From assembly GCF_032444005.1 (NCBI RefSeq), contig NC_091283.1, positions 27,590,001-27,654,000 of the forward strand: a stretch of 64,000 nt of DNA, written 5' to 3'. Each line of letters begins with the position of its first letter. Within the stretch, counting starts at the first letter, position 1. Origin of the DNA: Ranitomeya imitator (Eukaryota). Shown one piece after another: positions 1 through 11,000 of the stretch. Below the pieces are notes generated by a model. It had not been told where the DNA came from, made no database searches, and saw only the letters and a list, made by a program, of their open reading frames with translations. The translations under genes were made by a program, and so were the position numbers.

Positions 1-552
1 TGCCAGACCTCATGTGACTGGAGTGTGTCAGCAGTTCCTGCAAGATGAAGGCATTGAAGCTATGGACTGGCCCACCTATTCCCCAGACCTGAACCCAATT
101 GCGCACATCTGGGACATCATGCCTAGCACCATCCACCAACATCACGTTGCACCACAGACTGTCCAGGAGTTGGCGGATGCTTTAGTCCAGGTCTGGGAGG
201 AGATCCCTCAGGAGACCATCCGCCGCCTCATCAGGAGCATGCACAGGCGTTGTAGGGAAGTCATACAGGTACATGGAGGCCACACACACTACTGAGCATC
301 TTTTCCTTGTCATGAGGCATTTCCACTGAAGCTGTATCAGCCTGTAATTTGATTTTCCACTTTGATTTTGAGTATCATTCCAAATCCAGACCTCTGTGGG
401 ATATTAATTTTGATTCACATTCATCATTTTTATGTTTTATTGTTCTCAACTCATTCCACTATGTAATGAATAAAGATTTGCAGCTGGAATATTTCATTCA
501 CTGATATCTAGGATGTGGTATGTTAGTGTTCCCTTTATTTTTTTGAGCAGTG
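1..552 (+). mobile_element. Tc1/mariner transposon, 3' part (transposase C-terminus and right TIR)
   Basis: ORF 14-295 has the Tc1 DDE C-terminal motif (WPTYSPDLNPIAHIW...GGHTHY). It ends in the TIR AGTGTTCCCTTTATTTTTTTGAGCAGTG followed by TA at 553-554. Same family as 60122-61638. Confidence 0.9.
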
Positions 553-1883
553 TATCTAAAAAAATGGCTTCTATCTCGATGGTAACACATGGCAAACTAG
601 TCCCATTTAGGCTAACCCTGCAGTCTCCTACTCCCATCCTGGCCTCCTCTGTGCTGCTGTACATCTGGTAGGTTAGTCAGAAGTCAGGTGGCGGGACGTA
701 TGGCTGTGGGATCTGACTACGGTGTTGTCTGTTACCACGGAGACGCATCTTTTTTTTATAACCTACGGCAGATTTGCTTTATTTTATGTGTAATCAGGAA
801 TATACTGACAGCCTAAGCTTGGGAAAGAACTGCAGTACCAGAAACGGTGTCACCAAAAAAAACCAACTTTTTTTTATTTTAAATCCATTTGAGGCACCAG
901 AACCTGCGGCCATGATCATTATACGCAGTACAGAAACCTGTCTGCACACGCCCTGACAGCTATCACTTGTATAGATCTGTGGTGGAGCCGGAGCAGCCGG
1001 GGTCTGATTACAAAAATAAGCAGAATGTAATAACCTGGGAGCACGGACGCCTCCTCCGGACCACTCTGTGCTCACCAGGTCCTATGAGGACAAGCCGTAG
1101 GACGGAGAGTGCGTGCAGGACGCCGATGGGGCGATCACTGGGAATAGGACCGACGCTCTCTGGGTTATAAGTCCTGCCCGGCCCCGTCATCGCCTGCAGT
1201 TATCTGATTATTCTGGGGGAAGCTGCGGCCGGACCGGAAATTTTCCTTGCAGTCATTATAAATTCATTATATGTCCGCCCCACCAGAATATTATGTAATA
1301 CGTGGACGGCTACATCTGCCAGAACAGCATCAGCTTGTATAGATGGGCCTTATTGGGGTCCCTCAGGCCATGTCTGATAATGCGGCCCCTTAAAGGAGTT
1401 TCCCCAAAAATGAAAGTTGTCCCCTATTTCTATGATAATTGATCAGTGAGAATCTACCACTAGGACCCCCAGAGATCCTGAGCGCATCCTGCATCCTTCG
1501 TCTATGGGACCCCGGCGATAGCGGCGGGCAGCGCTGAGCTCGGCCCCTCGTCTATGTCCTCGGGATCTCTGGGGGTCCCAGCAATCTGAATATGGATGGG
1601 GGGCGATAGTTTCTGATTCTGAGACTATCAGTCCTGGACTGGACAATATGGCGGCTGCATGGACCAGGCCCTGAGGTGTGTGGGACACAAGAGACAATGA
1701 CTCATTACATATATATGTTGTACATTCTGGTATCCTCCATTTTCATATACATGTTGCTCTTTTTCTGTGTAAATGTCATTTTGTGATTATTTCATTTCAG
1801 AGTCTGAGAAATAACAGAAAATAGAAACTTGTATCCCAGTGATAAAAGGAAGTGACTGGAGGCTGCAGAGCGCGCCCACACTA

Positions 1884-2014
1884 AAGATGGCGCCGACTCA
1901 CCGCTGCCAGGAGTTTATAGAGAAAACTTTATTGTTCCGTACAAAGTACACCTCAGGCGGTAGTTGTTGTTTGTGGGGTTTTTTTTTTTTTGTAACTTTA
2001 TTGTTCACTTCCGG
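1884..2014. promoter_or_regulatory. Candidate bidirectional housekeeping promoter (YY1 and ETS/GABP motifs)
   Basis: AAGATGGCG at 1884-1892 and CACTTCCGG at 2006-2014. A + strand ATG exon with a GTGAGA donor lies on one side and a - strand GTGAGT donor at 1896-1901 on the other. Confidence 0.55.
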
Positions 2015-2031
2015 TAACACAAGATTCCAGC

Positions 2032-5000
2032 ATGTCGCCCTCCAAGCCTCCGAAGCGGGTGAGACCCACGTGTGAACATTACTGGTATTGGGGCTGTGAC
2101 GCCCCGGGGACTCGTGGGGTTCAGCTCCTGCGTGACTGCAGGTCGCAGTGACCGGGGGTGCTGGGACTTGTGGTGCCTCCGGACTGAGGAGGCAGGTGTC
2201 CCTAGTGCTGTGTGACCCAGTGCTGCACATCACAGAGCCCGCTCCGGCACAGGTTACACCAGGGAGCTGTGCTCTTCAGAACTACTGCTCCCAGCATTGC
2301 CTGAGCGCCCTGGGAGTGGTAGTCCTGCAGCTGAGCAGTGTACAGAGGGGACATGATGGGTTTCCTGGGTCACACACAGAGCACAGGCCGGGGCCACAGG
2401 GAATAATAATAATAATAATAATTGGCCCTTGTTGTTATCATGTGCTGATGGTACTAGAGATGGCGGCACCATCGCTGAGCGCAGCGGTATCGACATCATA
2501 GGAAAGTCACAATGTGGGCAGCGGCCAGTGATGGCCATAAACCTCTCACCGGTCACAGACAGACCGTATACAGACAGGACAGCCGGGATCACCGTGGGTT
2601 CTTACTGTGAGGTAAAACATTTCCTGCCTGTTTTTAAGCAATGTTTATCGTCAAAGAAATAATCCGCCGCAATCCCGTGCTGTAATGTCTGTATACTCCT
2701 CTACTCCCCACTGTGATCTTGTGCTGTCCTGTCTGTATACTCTATTGCCCCTACTGCTGTAATGTCTCTACTCCCCCCTATGATCCCGTGTAGTAATGTC
2801 TGTATACTCTGTTGCCCCCCACTGTAATGTCTGTATACTTTATTGCCCCCCTGCTGTAATGTCTGTATACTCTTTTGCTCCCCCCTGTGATCCCGTGCTG
2901 TCCTGTCTGTATACTCTATTGCTCCCCCTGCTGTAATGTCTGTATACTCTATTGCCCCCCCTGCAGTAATGTCTGTATACTCTATTGCCCCCCCCCCTGC
3001 AGTAATGTCTGTATACTTTATTGCCCCCCCCACAGTAATGTCTGTATACTCTCTTGCCCCCCCTATGATCCCGTGTTGTAATGTCTGTATACTCTCTTGC
3101 CCCCCCTATGATCCCGTGTTGTAATGTCTGTATACTCTGTTGCTCCCCCCTATGATCCTGTGCTGTGATGTCTGTATACTCTTTTGCTCCCCCCTGTGAT
3201 CCCGTGCTGTCCTGTCTGTATACTCTGTTGCTCCCCCTGCAGTAATGTCTGTATACTCTGTTGCTCCCCCCTATGATCCTGCGCTGTAATGTCTGTATAC
3301 TCTTTTGCTCCCCCCTGTGATCCCGTGCTGTAATGTCTGTATACTTTTTTGCCCCCCCTATGATCCCGTGTTGTAATGTCTGTATACTCTTTTGCTCCCC
3401 CCGTGATCCCGTGCTGTCCTGTCTGTATACTCTGTTGCTCCCCCTGCAGTAATGTCTGTATACTCTGTTGCTCCCCCCTGCAGTAATGTCTGTATACGCT
3501 TTTGCTCCCCACTATGATCCCGTGCTGTAATGTCTGTATACTCTTTTGCTCCTCCTATGATCCCGTGCTGTAATGTCTGTATACTCTTTTGCTCCTCCTA
3601 TGATCCCGTGCTGTAATGTCTGTATACGCTTTTGCTCCCCACTATGATCCCGTGCTGTAATGTCTGTATACTCTTTTGCTCCTCCTATGATCCCGTGCTG
3701 TAATGTCTGTATACTCTTTTGCTCCCCCTATGATCCCGTGCTGTCCTGTCTGTATACTCTTTTGCTCCCCACTATGATCCCGTGCTGTAATGTCTGTATA
3801 CTCTTTTGCTCCTCCTATGATCCCGTGCTGTCCTGTCTGTATACTCTTTTGCTCCTCCTATGATCCCGTGCTGTAATGTCTATATACTCTTTTGCTCCTC
3901 CTATGATCCCGTGCTGTAATGTCTGTATACTCTTTTGCTCCCCCTATGATCCCGTGCTGTCCTGTCTGTATACTCTTTTGCTCCCCCTATGATCCCGTGC
4001 TGTCCTGTCTGTATACTCTTTTGCTCCCCCTATGATCCCGTGCTGTCCTGTCTGTATACTCTTTTGCTCCTCCTATGATCCCGTGCTGTAATGTCTGTAT
4101 ACTCTTTTGCTCCCCCTATGATCCCGTGCTGTCCTGTCTGTATACTCTTTTGCTCCTCCTATGATCCCGTGCTGTAATGTCTGTATACTCTTTTGCTCCT
4201 CCTATGATCCCGTGCTGTAATGTCTGTATACTCTTTTGCTCCCCCTATGATCCCGTGCTGTCCTGTCTGTATACTCTTTTGCTCCTCCTATGATCCCGTG
4301 CTGTAATGTCTGTATACTCTTTTGCTCTCACTGGTATGATCAGTGCGACACAGCCATTACACAGAACACAGCAGGGGCACATGTATAAGATTATCTTAGC
4401 TCAGAAACATTTTTTTTAACATATCCAATTGTGGAACTTATTATTATTATATCTATTCATTAAAAGTAACTTTGTTATTGTGAAACCCCTTTAAGTAATG
4501 TAATTCCATGTATTTTATGCTGTGGTATATGTTTATATGTGCGTGTAATTCTGCGTTGTACACATGCATTGACTATATATTCTGCTTATCTTATGTCACA
4601 TTGTTATCTTTCACAGCGCATGTTTGAGAAATGTCACATTTTGCACATTGGACTGTACTATATACAATAAATTCAGATTTTCCGTGAAGATTAGAGAGCC
4701 GTACTTTCTCTACATAGATTATGGGGGAGTGGGATCTCATCCGAGCTCCCCGCGTACCTAGGAGTATATGTTAATTTCCATTCCATAGTGGATGCTTTCC
4801 TGAAACGGAAAGTACTTGCAAGCAGCATAATACAAAGAATAGCAGGTTTACCCAGAATCCTTTGCAGTAGGCGGAGCTATGCAAATCATCTCTTTCCACC
4901 CCTGTCTAATCCACAGCGCTTGGAACCGCCAAGTGTGCAATGCTGCGGATTAGTTTATAAATTTACACAGCCAACCAATTCCTACCTGTGGACACGTGTT

Positions 5001-8000
5001 TCGGGCTTTAGGCCCTCATCAGCACAGGGCTGGAATTGGTTGGCTGTATGGAGTGAGGCTTCCAGTCATCGATTGGTTAATTGGGTGATTTCAACTGGAA
5101 ACCAGTTCTCTAAAGCAAAACGCCCCATTAATCACCTATCGCCCTGAATCTGAAATAATCCATTTAAATAATAATGTGATCAGCTCCGCGTCCTTCTGTT
5201 ATTCCTCCTGAAAATGTATGAACCGTCCAGTTATCAAAAGTGGAGGAAATAAACGTGATCTCAACTGTTCAGAATATTATAAAACAGCAAAAAAAATCAT
5301 CCCCTGCCCCCTCCCCCCCCCCGCAGAAAGCCGGCCAGGGGTCACTGCTGACACGATGTCGCTGCAGACCTCTGGTAGCCACAATTATACCTATATGTCC
5401 CAAAGTAAAGAATAGCACTTCATAAACAAGTAAACAATGCTAATAATGTTTATTGAAATACATCTAAAAACAATCAAGGAAACTTCAAGAAGAAGTACCA
5501 GCCAGAAATTTCCAACAATTCGTAGGTATTGATGCATGAAAAAAGTTACCTAGTAGATAGTAAATGCCTGAGAATCACAATGCATCAATGTTTATTCCCT
5601 ACTAACTGTAGCAACAACAAAAAACATCCCACATGGATAAGGGAACAATGAGATATCAGCTTCACCAACATGGGAACGTTGTACCTAACCTCTGAAAGTT
5701 CAAAATATTTGCATCTAATGATACCTGGGGATATAAGTGGAGAGGTAAAACATTAATAAGAAATGAGAAAGGGTGAGTATTAATATATAAAATGCAAGTG
5801 CTTCAGAACATGCTCAGTTGATCATAAGTTCCATAGTGGAGTCTCGTATGAGTATACTTTCCATTGCTTATAGTGGTGTAAAAAAACAATGCATATTGGT
5901 GTTGTGGTGTGTGTCCCATATCAGCATCATGGTAGGGTGTAAAAGTTTTTACCTGAAAATGTGGGAGATGACATGGACACGAAGTTGCTACAGCTCGGCT
6001 GGTCTGGACTTCCTAACCCCGACGCGCGTTTCACCTTCCTGGGGGGTGTGGGTTTTTTTTCATGCATCGATAAGTTTACTTGTTTGAATTTAATGATTTT
6101 ATAGATTGGTTTTGGATGTAATTGAATAAACATTAAATCTTTTATAACATCATAGATCTTTTCTGTGACTAGGCAGGTCGCATTAGTTTTTTGCTCTGGT
6201 AGCCACAGACTATTGATGTGACCACTGAGCCACGGTCCTGAGAATCTTATTGATCATCTCTAATATATTAGAGATTGTGTGTATAATTAGTGTGGAACTA
6301 CAAAGCCCAGAGCCAGAGAGATGCAGGTTGTAGATGAATACAAATTTGCTGTCTCGGATACTTTGGTGTAACTCTCTGACTTGTCCGTCTTCTTTCAGAA
6401 AGTGAAGCGGTATTACGAGGAGGAAGGAGAGAAGAAGCCGTCACAAGAACAGAAGAAGAAGGAGGACAAGATGGTGGTGAACGAGAGAACGAGCCGAGAG
6501 CCATGGAAGAAGAAGAACCATCAGAAGAAAGACGTCATGTCAGGGGCGAGTATCTACAGCTGACCTGTCTGAGTCCGACAGGTTTTCACTAAAAGGAATT
6601 TGTGCTGTAATTATAGAAAACTGATGACGTATAGATAGAAAATGGATAACGAGACCACCGGCCTCAACCTGGAAATGATGAGAAATGTGATCAATCAGCA
6701 GTGAACTCTGAGCAATGGGTGATACCAGAGAGTAAACTGCCAGCGCTGCTGCCCCGAGACCCCCGCACTGCTGCCCCGAGACCCCCGCGCTGCTGCCCCG
6801 AGACCCCCGCGCTGCTGCCCCGAGACCCCCACACTGCTGCCCGAGACCCCCGCGCTGCTGCCCCGAGACCCCCGCGCTGCTGCCCCGAGACCCCCGCGCT
6901 GCTGCCCCGAGACCCCACTGATTTTTTTGGTGACTGAGGGTGACCTAAATATCTAGGGAGTGCAGGCAGAGAGGGGGGACATCGGCCACTGACAGGCGAG
7001 AACGATGGCACTTCTCTCCTTCCACCCCATAATAAGATATATTACAGCATTTCATATAATCACATGCACTGAAGATTTAAAAAAAAAAAAAAAAAAAAAA
7101 AAACAGCATGTGCCCTTACATTGTAGGTAATTATTATGTGTCTGTGCCCCTCCACGTCAGATAAGGGGGTCTGTGTGGGGGGCTGCCACCAGTTGCTGCT
7201 GTGTTTGGCTCTGCTCAGCTGCCGCATACAGGCAGGTTTAGGGGTGTACGGATCTATAAAGTACATATCCCATGACCTCGGCCCGCTGATGATCAGTGTA
7301 ATACAGCTGAAGGGGGCCAATATTCAGCAGTCAGGGGGTCTCAGCACCTGGACCCTCACAAATCCAAGCTCGTGACATGTGAGAAGTTTTCTAAAGTTAG
7401 AGGCACACTTTAACCTTTTCTCACTTCACTTCTCATAACCTTTTTCTACTATTTCAGGCAGAGGATCCCTTCCCCGGTCTCCCCCCGGTGCCAGAAGACC
7501 AATTATCAAAATATGAGAGAGCGCGGAAAGCCGAGGAGGTGGGTGGATGTGGAGAGAAGGAGGAGAGCTCCTGCCGTCACAATGGCTGGATATTTGGGAA
7601 ACTGAGCAGGAACGTGTTTCTGTATCAGTGACCCCCCCGGCATGTGACTCTCTGCCTACGGTGTTACACATTGGTGCATTGTACTCTGATCTGTCCTCAC
7701 TATTATCCCTGTGTGCTCCAGGAGATGCACACGTTCCGAAGTGTAAAGAGTCATTTGAGGAAAGAAGAGAGCAAGGTGCAGAACGCGCTGAGCCGGGCGG
7801 CGAAACACGACCTGTTACTGCCAGAGGAGGCCGGGTAAGACACAGACCTCAAGTTCCTAATGTTTCTGTCCAGTATTTGTGGCCAAGACCTGACGGATCG
7901 TGTCTGCGGGGGGGACATGCTGTCGGCACGCGCTGTAAAGTCCACTGAATGTGCGCGTCGTCTCCACACAGCAGCGTTACAGCAGACCGTTTGTGCAGCA

Positions 8001-11000
8001 ATATCGCCAGATCTCACAGCATCAGATCCTGGTGAGATTTGCTTGTGGATGTCACTACTCCCTGGCCTTCGTGCTTCTATGGTAACGTTTCTGTAGTTTC
8101 CGGTCCGTTTTTGTACTTGTGATCTGCTGTAATGACATTGTCTCTTGTGACTGCTGCCGCCTGTGACTAACTGCAGCGGTCACATGTAGGATATTAATAG
8201 GATGCAAGTACAGGACGTGTTGATAGGATGTGACTTCTTCATAGAGGATCTTGTGGAGACAATCTGCTGCCAGACTCCTCTGTTCGGGATCATCATGGCG
8301 TCTGCAGTCAGCGCCTTGTCTTGTAATACTGGTTATTGCCAATTCTCAGATTTCTGGAAGGCGATGAAGGGGAGGACACGAGCACGATAACCCAGCAGGA
8401 CATAGCGGACGTGGTGGACATAACGAGCGCGTCGAAGGTGAGGATCCGGCCCCGCCACCGCTGCTGCCTCCTCTTTGTGGTTTATCCTCCCCATTCTCAC
8501 ATACTCATCTGTTTCATTCGCAGTATTTCACCCTCAGCCTGAACCAGTTTGGTCCTTACAGAATGAACTACTCCCGGAATGGAAGGTGAGCTGCCGCTGA
8601 CTACGACTCCCATTCTCCTACATCAGTTCCTGTATGTTCTATCATTACTTCTGTCCTCCATACCTCAGGCATCTCCTCCTGGCCGGGCAGCGGGGTCACG
8701 TGGCCTCCATGGATTGGCATACCAAGAAACTCCTCTGTGAGATGAACGTGATGGAAACGGTCAACGACGTCAGGTGATTCCTCCGGATCTGGAGCCTTTG
8801 TGTGATTTTACCTCCATTACAAACCGCACGGCGACGGGTAGCAGCGCGGGAAAAAACATAGAAGGGGCTCAGTGCTCTAGTGAAAAATACTTCAAGAAAT
8901 CCTGTGACCACTGCACATACTCTATCCCGACAGGAATGAGTGTTGTACCCTCCATTATTAGTGATTAGTGGAAGTGCAGCAGTCAGACCCCCATAAATCA
9001 GACATACGTGGATTATGAGCCTTCACCAATATATATTAAAGCACACACAACACTCGGCAAAACTAACCCATAAAGATCTATGGTAGAAGCCCTAGATGTG
9101 GTAGATGATTGATGGTGGCCCCAATCATTAGGTTATAGCGTTTCCCAGGGATATGTCTCCACTATAAGATGGGGACCCCCGGTGATTGCCGTTCCCTGGT
9201 GCTGGTCCCCTCGGGTTTGGCTCGTCCGTGCCTTAGTTTTGTGTCTGCTCCTCTCTCAGGTGGCTGCACTCGCACACCATGTTCGCCGTGGCTCAGAAGA
9301 AGTGGCTGTACATCTACGACAACCTCGGCGTGGAGCTGCACTGCATCAAGAAGTTCAATGACGTCTTACGTATGGAGTTCCTGCCGTATCACTTCCTGCT
9401 GGCGACTTGTGTCAGTATAATAAGACTTTCCTTCACTTCATCCTTTGTGTTCCTGACACTTTGAGTTGTTTGAGGCAATTATCTGTAGATTGAGTTTGAA
9501 CTTTTTTTTTTTTTTAATCACTTTGTTTTCAATGTTTGCTTGTTGTAATTGAATGAAGACCCTCATCGTCTATATTCAGAGACTAAGATACAGGACGTCT
9601 GTGTGCGGCTCCTTAAAGCAGTGTTCCCCAACTCCAGTCCTCAAGGCCCACCAACAGGTCATGTTTTCAGGATTTCCTTTGCATTGCACAGGTGATGCAA
9701 TTATCACCTGGGCAAGACTAAGGAAATCCTGAAAACATGACATGTTGGTGGGCCTTGAGGACTGGAGTTGGGGACCCCTGCCTTAAAGGACCGAGCTCTG
9801 AGCGTCAATATGAGCATTTTTCGGCTGTAAACAACAGTGACCATTCACTGACAGCAATAAGAGATGTTGGGAAAAAAAAGTATAATAAAAAGTTGTAGGA
9901 TGATCCCTGGACATGGAAAACTGTTCAGAGATATCACATACGTGGAGACATTCTTCTCCTAAAAACTTCTATAGCTTGACGTTACCTATAATGTAGGAAT
10001 AAGCTTTTTTTTAACCCTAAAGATGCCTGGTCTTTTGCTGGCGTGCAAGAAGAGATGAGCTCTGTACATACTTATCTGTAGTAACGACGGACACCTGTAG
10101 AAGAAATTTAAAAAAATCAAAAGATCAAAATATGGTGAAAATACATAAAAAAAACTTTATTAAATATACAAGTGGGTATGTGATGGCTGAAAGTAGACTG
10201 GCACACACATTGATAAAAATACCTCTAATGTTTGTGTGTGTGTGGCGAGTTCACATGACGCGGGTCCCGACTGACCTCCGGGTACTCCTACATCCGGATG
10301 CGGCATTTACCAGGTCTCCAATGATTGGCTGCTGGAGGTTTTTAAACCTCTGTCCCTGGTATGACACCATTGTCTAGATACAAACCGAAACGCGCGTCGG
10401 GGTGGGCACCACACTATCTGGTTGAACCTATGAAGGTATATTGATATCCTTTATACGCTTGGACTATGTGTGTTCCACCATGTTTATTACATGTGATAAC
10501 GGTCTGTTATGAGTGGTTGTTCTGTCAGGCTCACCATACATACAATCTATCCCTATGAGATACACTTATATGTCTTCTATTTCATTGGGATAGTGTTTTG
10601 TAAGATGATGCATTGTGAGGCCACTACTTTATTGTATTGCCCTCTGCACCATTAATGTTGTCGCACCAGTTCTACGTTTTCACCAGTCAATATAGTGGCA
10701 TAATTTGTGAGTTGACTATTTTTCCCGTTCCATTGTCCTCACACTTCCTATATTAGGGTTTTATCTTTTGTATCTTATACAGTCTCAGTATTTGTGAGTC
10801 GTCTCCTTCTCCGGTTCCTTCTCGGAGGCATTATACATATAATGACTTGTCACTTTGAAGCTTCCACGCGTATTTTTTTTCCTATTCATTTTATGTTTAT
10901 ATACCGTATATATATATTTTTTTACTATTGTGTGCGCCTTTTTCCTTTCAGCCACCGCATACCTACTTGTATATTAAGGTTTTTTTTATATTTTCACCAT

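Noticed and set aside
553-1900. Searched for an intronic snoRNA or miR-219 (present in this region in mammals)
   Set aside because: No convincing C/D or H/ACA box arrangement, and no miR-219 sequence was seen.
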